45,643 nucleotides of DNA from Gemmatimonadaceae bacterium (GCA_036263215.1 DATAHM010000079.1:1-45643), one strand, 5' to 3'; counted from the first letter of the stretch, positions 1-10,814 are shown. Numbers and translations are program-made. The notes: a model not told the origin generated them from the letters alone.

Positions 1-248
1 GGAAACGTGGGCTCATTTAGATGGACGAGCACGTCCAGTGGATCGCCATCTTCGTGAAGCGTTCGGGGGATCAACCCGTAGTCGCCAGGATAGTGGACGG
101 CCGAGTAAAGCACCCGGTCGAGCCGAATCATTCCCGTGGCTTTGTCGAGCTCATATTTGTTGCGGCTTCCGCGCGGGATCTCGATAACTGCAGTGACGTT
201 GTCTGGGGGATGGATTCCGGCAGGCAGATCGTGCCATGGATTGATCAC
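1..248 (-). CDS. ppa: Soluble inorganic pyrophosphatase, family I (5' part only; runs off the window edge; absent from the ORF track)
   Basis: Manual translation from GTG at 248 gives [11 protein letters not shown]...[16 protein letters not shown]...[32 protein letters not shown], which contains the DGDPLD family I signature. The GTG overlaps the AKR stop codon (GTGA). Confidence 0.93.
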   Translation of the reverse strand, partial: MINPWHDLPAGIHPPDNVTAVIEIPRGSRNKYELDKATGMIRLDRVLYSAVHYPGDYGLIPRTLHEDGDPLDVLVHLNEPTF

Positions 249-1279
249 CGGGTGACGCGCTCCATGGTTCCTTTATACGCCATCGGCTCTTCCTCGACGC
301 CGAAGTTCCGCTGCGCCAACTCTTCGACGCGTTGCATTTGTGCCTCGGAGAGATCCGGCTTGTCGGCGGCTTCCGCGAATTCGCGCAGCTGGTCCATGTC
401 GTAGATATTCGGCAGCGTCGTTACCACCCTCGGTTCGGCGAGCAGCCACTTGAGGGCGGCCTGGCCGAGTGTCATCTCGGTGGTGAGGAAATCGAGAGTC
501 CGGATTTTCTTCAGCCCGTTGATAAGCCACGAGCGCGGTCGATGGCGCCGATGGTCGGTCGGCGCGAACTCCGTTTTTTCGGTGTATTTCCCTTCGAGCA
601 TGCCCGAAGCGTGCGTCACCCGAATGTTGAACACGCAATTTGGTGCGTGCTCGCGCGCTGCTTCGATCATCGCCGTTCCAGGATGCTGTTCGATGATGCT
701 CCAGATCATCTGGATGGTGCCGATGTCGTTCTCGCGCTCGCAGAGCTCCACGGCTTCGTAGAGCCATCCAATCGCTGGGCCGAAGGCCGCGCCCCAGACG
801 CCAATCATTCCCTCGCGCTGCATCTCGCGCAGAGCTTCCCAAATCGACGCATCGCGAACGTGCTCCATCTTGATGTTGTGCAGCTGTAGAACGTCGACGT
901 GGTCCGTGTCCAGTCGCTCGAGACACTTGTCGAGCGCGAAGCGCATGTAATCACGGTCGAACTTCTGCGGGAGCTCGTTCTGCCCGCGACGCGCCGATTG
1001 AGCTGCGGGATCGTAGATGTCGTAGCCGATCTTTGTGGAGTAAACGACCTGGTCGCGCTTGCCGCGAAACGCTTCAGCCAGCTGTCTTTCCCCGCGACCG
1101 TTCCCATAGGTGTCGGCTGTATCGAAGAAGTTGATGCCAAAGTCCGCGTGCGCGACGCGAAGCATCTCGACGGCTTCCTCGTCGGTCTTTTCGCCCCACC
1201 AGCCAGTGGAGAGCGTCCAGGTGCCGAAGCCGATCTCGCTGACCTTTATGTCGGTTCCAGGGAACAACCTATAGCGCAT
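245..1279 (-). CDS. Aldo/keto reductase family oxidoreductase
   Basis: [18 protein letters not shown] (catalytic D/Y), STK and LQLH motifs, plus C-terminal QAALKWLL. Confidence 0.9.
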   Translation of the reverse strand: MRYRLFPGTDIKVSEIGFGTWTLSTGWWGEKTDEEAVEMLRVAHADFGINFFDTADTYGNGRGERQLAEAFRGKRDQVVYSTKIGYDIYDPAAQSARRGQNELPQKFDRDYMRFALDKCLERLDTDHVDVLQLHNIKMEHVRDASIWEALREMQREGMIGVWGAAFGPAIGWLYEAVELCERENDIGTIQMIWSIIEQHPGTAMIEAAREHAPNCVFNIRVTHASGMLEGKYTEKTEFAPTDHRRHRPRSWLINGLKKIRTLDFLTTEMTLGQAALKWLLAEPRVVTTLPNIYDMDQLREFAEAADKPDLSEAQMQRVEELAQRNFGVEEEPMAYKGTMERVTR

Positions 1280-1335
1280 AATTACTGGGAGTGATGTCGA
1301 ACGTACAAGTTAACCGCGCCGAAGCCTGGGAGCAG

Positions 1336-2307
1336 CTAGAGCAGGCGCGCGGCTTCAGCCGCAAAGTAGGTGACGATGAAATCGGCACCCGCCCGCCGGA
1401 TGCCAAGAAGGGACTCCATCATTACTCGCTCCTTCTCGATCCAGCCACGCTCGGCTGCAGCGCAGATCATCGCGTACTCGCCGCTCACCTGGTAGGCTGC
1501 CACTGGATAGCCAGTTTCCATTTTCACCCGCGCAACGATGTCGAGATACGGACCGGCAGGCTTCACCATTACGGCGTCCGCTCCCTCGGCAATGTCCGCG
1601 TGCACCTCGCGCATCGCTTCATTCGCATTGCCGGGGTCCATCTGATATCCGCGCCGGTCGCCGGACTGCGGCGTAGACTCGGCGGCTTCGCGGAACGGCC
1701 CGTAATAGGCCGATGCGTACTTCGCGGCGTAACTGAGAATCGACACGGCCGAGAATCCACCGTCGTCCAATGCGGATCGGATTGCCTGCACTCTGCCATC
1801 CATCATGTCGCTCGGCGCCACGATGTCCGCGCCGGCTCGCGCATGCGATAGCGCCGCGCGCGACAGCAGCTCGAGCGTGGCATCATTGTCCACATCGCCG
1901 TCTTTCAACACACCGCAATGGCCATGATCCGTGTACTCGCACATACACACGTCCGTGATCACGACCAGCTCGGGTATTTCTTGCTTGAGCGATTTGACCG
2001 CGGATTGAACCGCGCCCTTGTCGTCCCACGCCGATGAGCCGACGGCATCTTTAGTCTCGGGGACGCCGAAAAGAATTATCCCGCCCACCCCGGACTTTGC
2101 GGCTGCTTCGGCATCACGGAGCATCTCATCGACGGATGTCTGATTGACGCCGGGCATCGAACCAACGGGCCGTCGGATTTTCTTTCCGTCGCGGACGAAT
2201 ACCGGCAAGACGAGCTGCGCGGCGGCAAGATGTGTTTCGCGCACGAGATTTCTGAGCGCGGCCGTCCGCCGCAATCGCCGCGCGCGATACTCTGGAAAAC
2301 TGGACAT
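1336..2307 (-). CDS. hemB: Porphobilinogen synthase (delta-aminolevulinate dehydratase)
   Basis: [13 protein letters not shown] Zn site, [20 protein letters not shown] and [10 protein letters not shown] motifs. Confidence 0.97.
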   Translation of the reverse strand: MSSFPEYRARRLRRTAALRNLVRETHLAAAQLVLPVFVRDGKKIRRPVGSMPGVNQTSVDEMLRDAEAAAKSGVGGIILFGVPETKDAVGSSAWDDKGAVQSAVKSLKQEIPELVVITDVCMCEYTDHGHCGVLKDGDVDNDATLELLSRAALSHARAGADIVAPSDMMDGRVQAIRSALDDGGFSAVSILSYAAKYASAYYGPFREAAESTPQSGDRRGYQMDPGNANEAMREVHADIAEGADAVMVKPAGPYLDIVARVKMETGYPVAAYQVSGEYAMICAAAERGWIEKERVMMESLLGIRRAGADFIVTYFAAEAARLL

Positions 2308-2308
2308 T

Positions 2309-3286
2309 CTACTCCGGCTGCGGTGCGGGAACCTTCGTCAGCTGGCGGAGCTCGACGAGGAGACTCGCCCCACCGCGTGAGCGGATCTCAGCAGCGAGAT
2401 CTTCGCCCGATGCCTCCGGAGACTCGAGGTCGACCAGGCGCGATCCCCGTACTATGTGTTTTCCGGTTACGTCCGCGAGCATACCATATAATGTAGGCCC
2501 TGCGGGTGCAGCACTCACCACGGCTCCAATAGGAACCTGGCAGCCCCCTTCGAGCGCGGCCAGAAACGCCCGTTCGGCGCGCGTCGCCACAGATGTCGGT
2601 CCGTGGTTGAGAGGCATCAGCAAACCTCTCATTCGATCATCATCGCTTCGCGCCTGAATCGCAATTGCACCCTGGCCAGGCGCGGGAATCCAGGTCGTCG
2701 GATCCAGAAATGCCGTGATGCGCTGCTGAACTTCGAGTCTGATCAGACCGGCGGCGGCGAGAATGGCAGCGTGAACCTTCCCCGATTCGACCTTGCTCAG
2801 CCGAGTCGGGACGTTTCCGCGGAGCTCGGCAACTTCGAGATCGGGACGTTTCGCCATCAGCTGCGCCCGCCGCCGAAGGCTCGATGTTCCAACCCTCGAA
2901 CCGGCAGGCAAATCGTCGAGACTCTCGGCGCCTGTGATTCGATTCACGACGAGGACGTCACGCGGATCCTCGCGCTCGAGCTGCGCGACGATTTCGAGAC
3001 CGTCCGGTGAATCGGTGGGCAGGTCCTTCAGCGAGTGAACGGCGCAATCGATTTTTCCCTTCGATAGCGCAGTCTCGATTTCCTGGGTGAAGAGTCCCTT
3101 CGCGCCGATTTCGCTCAGCGGCTGATCGAGGTTCTTGTCGCCTTTGGTCTTGAAGGTGACCAGTTCGCATTTGATTCCGCGGGCAAGCAGCGCGGCCTCG
3201 ACGAGTCGCGCCTGACGCAGCGCGAGCTCCGACGCGCGAGTGCCGATTCTTACAACGTCCGGGTCGCGTTTCGCGTTACGAGCCAC
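2309..3286 (-). CDS. hemC: Hydroxymethylbilane synthase (porphobilinogen deaminase)
   Basis: [30 protein letters not shown] and LEGGCQVP motifs. Confidence 0.97.
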   Translation of the reverse strand: MARNAKRDPDVVRIGTRASELALRQARLVEAALLARGIKCELVTFKTKGDKNLDQPLSEIGAKGLFTQEIETALSKGKIDCAVHSLKDLPTDSPDGLEIVAQLEREDPRDVLVVNRITGAESLDDLPAGSRVGTSSLRRRAQLMAKRPDLEVAELRGNVPTRLSKVESGKVHAAILAAAGLIRLEVQQRITAFLDPTTWIPAPGQGAIAIQARSDDDRMRGLLMPLNHGPTSVATRAERAFLAALEGGCQVPIGAVVSAAPAGPTLYGMLADVTGKHIVRGSRLVDLESPEASGEDLAAEIRSRGGASLLVELRQLTKVPAPQPE

Positions 3287-4823
3287 GTACTATCGCCGCA
3301 ACGAGTCCATCGATTGTGGACGTCTCGGCCTCGTACCGCACCTCGATGCCTTTCTCCCGCAGCACCAGAGAGGTCTGCGGCCCTATCGAAGCGGCTGGTA
3401 CGCGCGTCGCGAGCTCGTCTCCTATCGAATCGACGTACGCCCGCACGGACGAAGCTGACGTAAACGTGACGAGGTCCACTTTCCCAGCCTCGATCTTGCG
3501 CGTCAGCCGCGCAGCGCCCTCGGCGTCCGCAATCGAGCGGTAGGCTTCGACTACGGTGAGATGCGCGCCAATCGATTCGAGACCCGTTCGCAGAACGTCG
3601 CGTGCGCCTTCAGCGGTGACGTACAACACTCTCGCGCCCGACACGTCGTCGCGGTCGCGCATTATCTCCAGCAATCCTTCAGCAACGAATCGTTTGGGGA
3701 TCAGATCGACGGTGATGCCGTGCTCGAGAAGCGCTCCGGCCGTGGCAGGCCCAACCGCCGCCAGCTTCGTCCCGGCGAGATTTCGGGCGTCGCGGCCGGC
3801 GCCGAGCAGTTGTTCCCAAAAAATCGCTACGGCATTCTGGCTGGTGAAGATGAGCCAGTCAAACGCTCCCAATGTGTTGACTGCGGCCCGCAACGGCGCC
3901 AGATCGAGCCGGGCGATTTGGGTCGCGGGCATCTCCAGAACGTCGGCGCCGAGATCGCGAAGCTTCTCACTGAGCGCGGGAGCCTGTTGAGTGGCGCGGG
4001 TGACCACGATCCTTTTCCCAAAGAGCGGCCGTCGCTCGAACCAGGCGAGCTCGTCGCGCAAGACGACTGACCACCCGATGACCGTGATCACGGGTGCTGT
4101 CACGTTCTGCTCGGCGGCTTTTGCAGCGAGAGTCTCCAGGGTCGCGACCACTGTGCGCTGTTTCGGGAGCGTGCCCCACTGGATCGCTGCCGCCGGAATT
4201 TCTCCAGGCATTCCGCCAGCAATCAAAGCGTTCGCAATTGCCGGAAGCGTCTTCACTCCCATGTAGAGCACGATCGTTCCCCCAGCTTTTGCGAGAGCCG
4301 CCCAGTTTGTCTGCGTCGTGGGCTTGCCGGGATCTTCATGTCCGGTCACGAATGTCACCGAGGTCGACAATCCGCGATGGGTCACGGGAATGCCCGCATA
4401 TGCAGCCGCGGCGATTCCGGCCGTTATCCCCGGTACGACCTCGAACGGCACCGACGCGTCATTCAGCGCCTGAATCTCTTCGCTGCCGCGCCCGAACACG
4501 AACGGGTCGCCACCCTTGAGACGGACGACGCGCTTACCTTCGCGCGCGAGCCTCACCAGGAGCTCGTTGATTTCGCTTTGCGACACCGATCCAGCCGCGC
4601 CGCCGCGCTTGCCTACGTAGTAGAGTTCCGGTCTCCCCGTCTCACGCGCGCCGACAGGCAGCAGTGCCGTGTTCGCGAGGGCGTCGTACACGACCGCGTC
4701 GGCCGATTCGATGAGGTGATTTCCTCTTACTGTAATCAGCCCAGGATCGCCCGGGCCGGCACCAACCAGGAAGACCTTCCCTTCAATCAAGCGAAGTTCC
4801 CGCTCGCGCTTGGATGGCAGCAC
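3276..4823 (-). CDS. cobA: Fused uroporphyrinogen-III C-methyltransferase / uroporphyrinogen-III synthase (CobA-HemD); the true start may be TTG at 4790
   Basis: N-terminal LVGAGPGDPGLIT and RLKGGDPFVFGRG motifs; C-terminal HemD domain with IVVTRA, IFTSQNAV and TFTSASSV. Confidence 0.93.
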   Translation of the reverse strand: MLPSKRERELRLIEGKVFLVGAGPGDPGLITVRGNHLIESADAVVYDALANTALLPVGARETGRPELYYVGKRGGAAGSVSQSEINELLVRLAREGKRVVRLKGGDPFVFGRGSEEIQALNDASVPFEVVPGITAGIAAAAYAGIPVTHRGLSTSVTFVTGHEDPGKPTTQTNWAALAKAGGTIVLYMGVKTLPAIANALIAGGMPGEIPAAAIQWGTLPKQRTVVATLETLAAKAAEQNVTAPVITVIGWSVVLRDELAWFERRPLFGKRIVVTRATQQAPALSEKLRDLGADVLEMPATQIARLDLAPLRAAVNTLGAFDWLIFTSQNAVAIFWEQLLGAGRDARNLAGTKLAAVGPATAGALLEHGITVDLIPKRFVAEGLLEIMRDRDDVSGARVLYVTAEGARDVLRTGLESIGAHLTVVEAYRSIADAEGAARLTRKIEAGKVDLVTFTSASSVRAYVDSIGDELATRVPAASIGPQTSLVLREKGIEVRYEAETSTIDGLVAAIVRGS

Positions 4824-5970
4824 CGCGCGCCGCCGATTCCATCGCGGGCCGTGTCGACTCGCCGCTCAGACCGACACGCTCAGCCCAGAGCGCGTACTCG
4901 ACGGGCGAGATCTCGGACGGCTTGATCTCGCTTCGGCCGCCCCAAAAGACGTTCGTGTAGAGGACAGGAATGCCGGCTTCGGCGAGGTGCGCGTCGATCG
5001 CTGCCTTGTGCGCGAGCACCACGTCTTTGTCCGTGCCATGGGCGACGGCCATGATGTTCACGTTGGCGAATTCTGGTCCGCCCTCGCGCCAGTACGCGTG
5101 GGTGAGGATGTGATGGCGCCCGACTTCCTTTCCCGCCTCGATCTCCCGGCCTGGCGGAACCCGCCAATGAAACAGCGCGTTGTACCGTGTCACCCGCTCG
5201 CCGGTTGCCGATGGCTTGACGTGCTCGAGAAAAGTGGAGAAGCGTCCGATCACTTCGCGCTGGCTTAGCGCGCGCGCGACGTCCATGAATTCGCCGCGGG
5301 TGAGACCGGCTTCGACAGCACGCTTTCGCCAGGGATCGGGTGCGATCTCGTCGATCGTAAACTCGCGCTTGAGTACCGTGAGAACCCGCCACTCGAGTGG
5401 AGTGAGTTCGACGATGTTAGTCTCGAGCACGCGACCAGGCTCCTCGCTCCGTGAGCCGGGTTCCATTCCCCGCCTGCGCACGTGACCGACGCCGAGGGCA
5501 AAAAGGTTTTTCGCCGGCATGATGCGATACGCCGTTGCCCCGACCTGGCGGGCGAGGAAATCGCAGTGCCGGGTCATGGAGAATCCCTGAGGAACTTTGA
5601 GCGTGGTCCACAAGCGATACACGGAACCCTGAGTCTCGACGTCCGTCGATCGGATGACGACATGCCCCGAGAATGGATCATCTCTGGTCATGTAGTTGAA
5701 GGCGGAGTCGAGCTTTTCCGCGGGCACTCGCCAGGCGACAAGCGCTCCTGGTGCGAGGTTGGTGGCCATCAAGGTTTGTCGTATCCGCCGCACCACACCG
5801 GCCTCGAGCATTGCGCGCAGGCGCTCTATTACGATCTCCTCGGTCAGACCAGCCGCTTCGGCGATCGCTGCGAATGGCTCTTCGACAAACCCGGCAATAC
5901 GATCTTCGGATACCGCGAGAATGCGAGCGTTGACCGGATCTGAGACGGCAGCGGGAGTTGCTTCGATCAC
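4783..5970 (-). CDS. Fused AhbA/AhbB (NirDL/GH-like) Lrp/AsnC-type protein, putative siroheme decarboxylase
   Basis: Two tandem HTH plus AsnC-like units (PFAAIAEAAG...GVVRR; PWRKRAVEAG...IGRF), a THAYWR motif, and a position in the heme operon. Start set at GTG 5970 because it overlaps the ccmD stop (GTGA). Confidence 0.75.
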   Translation of the reverse strand: MIEATPAAVSDPVNARILAVSEDRIAGFVEEPFAAIAEAAGLTEEIVIERLRAMLEAGVVRRIRQTLMATNLAPGALVAWRVPAEKLDSAFNYMTRDDPFSGHVVIRSTDVETQGSVYRLWTTLKVPQGFSMTRHCDFLARQVGATAYRIMPAKNLFALGVGHVRRRGMEPGSRSEEPGRVLETNIVELTPLEWRVLTVLKREFTIDEIAPDPWRKRAVEAGLTRGEFMDVARALSQREVIGRFSTFLEHVKPSATGERVTRYNALFHWRVPPGREIEAGKEVGRHHILTHAYWREGGPEFANVNIMAVAHGTDKDVVLAHKAAIDAHLAEAGIPVLYTNVFWGGRSEIKPSEISPVEYALWAERVGLSGESTRPAMESAARGAAIQARAGTSLD

Positions 5971-6074
5971 TTCCTCAACCCTTTGCGCCGAAGGTACAGA
6001 CTCGCGGCATATGCGGCATAAATGCACAGCGCGATAGTATACGCGAGGTGATACGCGGAGGAAGTTTCAGGCAT
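5967..6074 (-). CDS. ccmD: Small membrane protein, CcmD-like heme exporter protein D (35 aa; absent from the ORF track)
   Basis: MPETSSAYHLAYTIALCIYAAYAASLYLRRKGLRK has one hydrophobic Tyr-rich helix and a basic tail. Its ATG overlaps the end of ccmC and its TGA overlaps the next GTG. This is the canonical position after ccmC. Confidence 0.75.
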   Translation of the reverse strand: MPETSSAYHLAYTIALCIYAAYAASLYLRRKGLRK

Positions 6075-6771
6075 CGTCTACTGTGCGGAGCAGTGCATCG
6101 CGTTCGACGGCGTATCGATAGCGCGATCTCACAAAGGCCAGATAAAGAAGCGTGAACGAGATGAGCGAGATGAACAGCGTAAGCAGCATCTCGTTCGGAA
6201 GCGACGGCGCGCTCGGTTTGCCGACGATCGGGCGCGGATGCATAGTGGCAAAGAGATAGACACTCAAGTGAATGAAGGGAATCAACAGGGCTCCAAGGAT
6301 TCCGAGCACCGCCGAATAGCGTGCGCGCATCTCCGGCGACTCGATCGCCCCGCGCAGAACTATGTACGAAACGTAGATGAACCACAGAAACAGTGTCGAC
6401 ACCAGACGCACATCCCACCACGCCCAGTAGGTTCCCCAAATCGGCTTCGCCCAGAGCGGGCCCGTTATCAGGACAACAGTCGTAAATACCACTCCCACTT
6501 CCGCCGAGCTCTCAGCGAATTGATCGAGGCGCTGGTCGCGGAGCCACAAATAGACGGCGCTCGCGATTGCTACGAGGCCGAAGGCGAGAAAAGCGACCCA
6601 CGCCGCAGGAACGTGGATGTAGAAAATCTTTTGCGCCGCTCCCTGCTTTGCTTCGAGAGGAGTGAAGTACGCGGCACGAATCACGGTGCCGGCGACGGCA
6701 AGACCCGCGATGGACGGGAGCCAGGAGATCTTCACCGACGAAGCGCGCTGTGGTACGGAACCATGACTCAA
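6067..6771 (-). CDS. ccmC: Heme exporter / cytochrome c biogenesis protein CcmC (start is either TTG 6771 or GTG 6735)
   Basis: FYIHVP, WWD domain WAKPIWGTYWAWWDVRL, and MHP His ligand. Confidence 0.93.
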   Translation of the reverse strand: MSHGSVPQRASSVKISWLPSIAGLAVAGTVIRAAYFTPLEAKQGAAQKIFYIHVPAAWVAFLAFGLVAIASAVYLWLRDQRLDQFAESSAEVGVVFTTVVLITGPLWAKPIWGTYWAWWDVRLVSTLFLWFIYVSYIVLRGAIESPEMRARYSAVLGILGALLIPFIHLSVYLFATMHPRPIVGKPSAPSLPNEMLLTLFISLISFTLLYLAFVRSRYRYAVERDALLRTVDDA

Positions 6772-6842
6772 TTTAAGCGAGCCGGGGCGGCAGCGCGCTG
6801 CACGCGCGGTGGACGACTACATCCGGGCGATAAGTGGTATCC

Positions 6843-7026
6843 AACTGCACCAGAACGGGTGCGGGCCCTCCGAGGTATAGATGTCAGTTCGTCAGTTCAG
6901 TACGCCCGGATCTACTTTGCCTCTGCATATGTCACTTGTGCGTAGCGCGCGATCGAAAATCCTGGCGTGGTGAACTGATAACTATGATCTGTGCTACTCA
7001 CAGCCCGCACCCGTTCCGTTGCAGTT
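6843..7026. repeat. ~184-bp palindromic intergenic repeat element, copy 1 (REP/REPIN/MITE-like)
   Basis: The left arm AACTGCACCAGAACGGGTGCGGGC...GTCAGTTCAGTACGCCCGGAT pairs imperfectly with the right arm (reverse complement AACTGCAACGGAACGGGTGCGGGC...TCAGTTCACCACGCCAGGAT). Homologous to 37437-37627 and 29195-29295. Confidence 0.85.
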
Positions 7027-7057
7027 TTTACCTCAGAAGCTAGCTGGATGCCAGACC

Positions 7058-7738
7058 CTAATCCTCGATCGTGAACGGGTACGCGATCGTGCATGCGGCC
7101 ACGAACACCAGGTCAAATGCGAGCAGGAGCTTTATCCAGGCGCCCGCCTCGGTCACCGGTCTACCGCTCAACAACTTCGCCGTTGCCTGCGTCGCGCCAA
7201 TAACGATTGGAACGAAGAACGGCAGCGCCAGCATGGGCAGCAATAGTTCCGCGAGTCGAGTGTTGACGGCCATCGCGCTGAATAGTGTTCCGACAGCGAC
7301 AAGGCCAATCGCGGCGAGCAGCGCGATGGCAATGAGCGGCGCCGCGATATTGCCGAGCGGGAGGTTGTAGAAGACGACAAGGGCGGGGATCGCGATCATC
7401 TGCACCGCCGCGACGAAAACCAGATTGGCGATTGCCTTGCCGAGGAAGATGGATTGCCTCGATACGGGGGACGCGAGCAAGCCGTCGATCGCGTGATCTG
7501 CGGCTTCGACACCAAATGAACGATGCAAACCGAGCAGGCCGGAGAAGGTGAAGATCACCCATAGAACACCCGGCGCGAGGTCGGCGACGGCGATGGCCGT
7601 TGGATCCCAGGAGTAATAGAAGATGACGAGGCCGAGCAGCGCGAATACCACGGCCGATAGAAACGCGCTTCGTGTGCGGAACTCAATGGTGAGATCCTTG
7701 CGCGCAATGAGCCAGGCGTCGGAGAGAATGTCAGCCAC
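7058..7738 (-). CDS. ccmB: Heme exporter protein B
   Basis: KDLTIEFR, PGVLW and LLLPMLALPFFVP motifs; multiple TM helices. GTG 7738 overlaps the ccmA end. Confidence 0.92.
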   Translation of the reverse strand: MADILSDAWLIARKDLTIEFRTRSAFLSAVVFALLGLVIFYYSWDPTAIAVADLAPGVLWVIFTFSGLLGLHRSFGVEAADHAIDGLLASPVSRQSIFLGKAIANLVFVAAVQMIAIPALVVFYNLPLGNIAAPLIAIALLAAIGLVAVGTLFSAMAVNTRLAELLLPMLALPFFVPIVIGATQATAKLLSGRPVTEAGAWIKLLLAFDLVFVAACTIAYPFTIED

Positions 7739-8465
7739 CCGTCGAGATCGCCTCGCGATAAAGTCGCGAGTAGGACGTTGCATCGACGTTCGAGCTTGCG
7801 TCGTAGCGCGCGAATCGCCCGCGCGCCATCACCGCGACGCTCGAGGCAAGTGCAAGACCTTCCGGGAGATTGTGGGTGACGATGATTATCGCCGTGCCGG
7901 AAGACCGCAGATCCTGCAACAGCTCCGTCAGTGCGCGCGCGCCACTTTCGTCGAGGCCGCTATAGGGTTCATCGGCGAGAACGAGCTGTGGGCCATGCAC
8001 CATCGCGCGGGCAATAGACACCCGCTGCTGCATCCCTCTGCTCAACGATCGGACCGGAGCGTCAGCGCGCTCGAGCATCGACATGCGTCGAAGAGAATCA
8101 TCAACCCGCTGCCGGATATCGGGCGAGCGGTATAGACGGGCCGCGAACGACACGTTCTCGCGCGGGGAAAGCGCCTCGTAGAGCATGGTATGATGTGAGA
8201 TCAACCCAACCTTGCCGCGCACATCCGCGCCGCCGGGAAGCTTTATACCAGAAACTGTCGCAGTGCCCGAGGTCGGGCTGAGAAGACCAGCGAGCACTCT
8301 GAGGAGCGTCGTTTTTCCTGCACCGTTGGGCCCGAACACTGCCAGACATTCGCCGGCGCGGAGATTAAAGGAAACGCCGGCGAGCGCGCGCCGGCTCCCG
8401 AAAGACCGGGTGAGCTCCTGGACGTCGACGACAGATGGCGGACTCACGGAAGTAGCTGAGGACAT
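7731..8465 (-). CDS. ccmA: Heme ABC exporter ATP-binding protein
   Basis: GPNGAGKTT, LSRGMQQR, LADEP and VTH motifs; directly upstream of ccmB. Start trimmed to ATG 8465 because the longer ORF would overlap acs. Confidence 0.9.
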   Translation of the reverse strand: MSSATSVSPPSVVDVQELTRSFGSRRALAGVSFNLRAGECLAVFGPNGAGKTTLLRVLAGLLSPTSGTATVSGIKLPGGADVRGKVGLISHHTMLYEALSPRENVSFAARLYRSPDIRQRVDDSLRRMSMLERADAPVRSLSRGMQQRVSIARAMVHGPQLVLADEPYSGLDESGARALTELLQDLRSSGTAIIIVTHNLPEGLALASSVAVMARGRFARYDASSNVDATSYSRLYREAISTGG

Positions 8466-8557
8466 TCGCCTAGAACTTGCCACTCTGGCGAGACGCGCGC
8501 AAAACACAGTATCCTTGAAAATCACTTCGTTTCCGCACGTCCATCGAGCCCGCACCA

Positions 8558-10546
8558 ATGAATGACATCGACGTTCTCCTCCAGGAAAATCGGAAGTTCG
8601 AGCCGCCCCCGGGGTTTGCACGACAGGCAAACGTGTCCAGCCCGGAGATCTACGAGAAAGCTGCGCGCGATCCGGAAAAGTTCTGGGCTGATCAGGCGCG
8701 AGAGCTCGAATGGATAAAGCCATGGACCAAAGTGCTCGAGTGGAAACCCCCACATGCAAAATGGTTCATCGGTGGCAAGCTCAACGTAGCGGCGAATTGT
8801 ATCGACCGGCACTTGAGTGGAGCGCGCAGAAACAAGCCGGCGCTCATCTGGGAAGGAGAACCCGGCGACGAGAGAACGCTTACATACGCCGAGCTGCATC
8901 GCGAGGTGTGCCGGTTCGCGAACGTTCTCAAGAATCTTGGCGTGAAAAAGGGCGACCGGGTGGCGATTTATCTGCCACTGATTCCCGAGGCCGCAATCTC
9001 AATGCTCGCCTGCGCACGAATCGGTGCGATTCACTCAGTCGTATTTGGCGGGTTCTCCCCTGAGTCGCTCCGCGACCGCATCAACGACGCAAAGGCAAAA
9101 ATCCTTGTCACGGCCGACGGAGGCTTCCGTCGCGGCGGCGTCATAGCGCTCAAGAAGAACTCGGATAACGCGCTCGTGGGAACTGATTCGATCGAGAAAG
9201 TCATCGTCGTTCAGCGTGCCCGGTCCGGATCGGACAACGAATCGATCAACCAGAAGGCCGCCGTACCAGACGTTCCGATGAAGGCAGGCAGGGACGTCTG
9301 GTGGCACGACCTCATGAAAGATGCGTCAGACGACAACAAGCCCGAAGCGATGGACGCCGAAGACGTGCTGTACATCCTCTACACATCGGGAACGACCGGG
9401 AAGCCCAAGGGAATCGTGCACACGACCGGCGGCTACCTCACGGGCGTTACATCGACGACGAAGATGGTTTTCGATCTGAAAGACGATGACGTTTTCTGGT
9501 GCACCGCCGACATCGGCTGGGTGACTGGCCACTCCTACGTGGTGTATGGACCGCTCGCGAATGGAGCGACGTGCCTGATGTACGAGGGAGCTCCGGACTG
9601 GCCCGAACGCGACCGTTTTTGGGACCTCTGCGAGCGGCGCGGCGTCACGATTCTGTACACGGCGCCAACAGCAATTCGCGCGTTCATGAAGTGGGGTGAC
9701 GAACATCCCGCCAAGCATGACTTGTCGAAGCTGCGACTGCTTGGCTCCGTCGGCGAGCCGATCAATCCGGAAGCGTGGATGTGGTACCGCGAGCACATTG
9801 GCGGCGATCGCTGCCCCGTTGTCGACACCTGGTGGCAGACGGAAACCGGAGCAATCGTAATCTCTCCGCTGCCTGGAATAACGGCGACAAAACCGGGAAG
9901 CGCGACGCAGACGCTCCCGGGTTATACCGCGGATCTCCTCGATTCCACTGCTGAGCGCATCGATGTCGGGGGCGGATTGCTGGCACTCACCAAACCGTGG
10001 CCGTCAATGCTCCGCACGATCTGGGGCGACGACGCGCGATACGTGCAGACCTATTTCTCCAAATGGCCCGGCAGGCCCGACCTTTATTTCCCTGGTGACG
10101 GTGCCAAGCGTGACGAAGACGGCTATTACTGGATCCTTGGCCGAGTCGATGATGTGTTGAACGTTGCGGGTCACCGCATTGGCACGATGGAAGTCGAATC
10201 CGCGCTCGTCGAGCATCCAGCAGTCGCCGAAGCCGCAGTGGTCGGCAAGGCGCACGAGCTCAAAGGCCAGGCGATCGCAGCGTTCGTCACGCTTCGCGAC
10301 AAGAGCAAACAGAGTCCGGCGTTGCGCGATGAGCTACGAGAATTCGTCGCACAAAAAATCGGCGCGCTCGCGCGGCCGGACGACATTCTCTTCTCAGCAG
10401 ATCTGCCGAAAACACGCTCCGGAAAGATCATGCGGCGACTCCTCCGAGACATCGCAGAAGGCCGCGCGCTCGGTGACACGACAACGCTCGCCGATCCGAA
10501 TGTCGTCGCCAGCCTCAAGGATCAGTACGAAGAGAAGGAGGGCTGA
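8558..10546 (+). CDS. acs: Acetyl-CoA synthetase (AMP-forming)
   Basis: [20 protein letters not shown] and [13 protein letters not shown] motifs. Confidence 0.97.
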   Translation: MNDIDVLLQENRKFEPPPGFARQANVSSPEIYEKAARDPEKFWADQARELEWIKPWTKVLEWKPPHAKWFIGGKLNVAANCIDRHLSGARRNKPALIWEGEPGDERTLTYAELHREVCRFANVLKNLGVKKGDRVAIYLPLIPEAAISMLACARIGAIHSVVFGGFSPESLRDRINDAKAKILVTADGGFRRGGVIALKKNSDNALVGTDSIEKVIVVQRARSGSDNESINQKAAVPDVPMKAGRDVWWHDLMKDASDDNKPEAMDAEDVLYILYTSGTTGKPKGIVHTTGGYLTGVTSTTKMVFDLKDDDVFWCTADIGWVTGHSYVVYGPLANGATCLMYEGAPDWPERDRFWDLCERRGVTILYTAPTAIRAFMKWGDEHPAKHDLSKLRLLGSVGEPINPEAWMWYREHIGGDRCPVVDTWWQTETGAIVISPLPGITATKPGSATQTLPGYTADLLDSTAERIDVGGGLLALTKPWPSMLRTIWGDDARYVQTYFSKWPGRPDLYFPGDGAKRDEDGYYWILGRVDDVLNVAGHRIGTMEVESALVEHPAVAEAAVVGKAHELKGQAIAAFVTLRDKSKQSPALRDELREFVAQKIGALARPDDILFSADLPKTRSGKIMRRLLRDIAEGRALGDTTTLADPNVVASLKDQYEEKEG

Positions 10547-10814
10547 TTTCTATCAGCCCAGGCCGGCAGGGCTCCTAGCTTTATCGCCTTCCCTGTCAAA
10601 AGGTTAAGCCCAAATACCGAACAAACACCGCGGCATTTCGCGGATGGCCCAAATGTCAAAAAAAAAGCACTTTTTTCGCAAAACTAGGGGAAAACCCGGT
10701 TGCAGAGAAGGTGCGTTTTCGTCTTATAGATGCAGCACCCAATCGCCAAAAACGTCCGGTCTTTTGTCTCCTGATCCTGTCACCGGCGCCATCAAAATAT
10801 TCGGAGATTCCACA

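Noticed and set aside
10677-10710. GCAAA...GAAA hairpin resembling a c-di-GMP-I riboswitch upstream of the pilin
   Set aside because: It lacks the GACGCAAAGC junction and a convincing second stem; a Rfam cmscan would be needed to support it.
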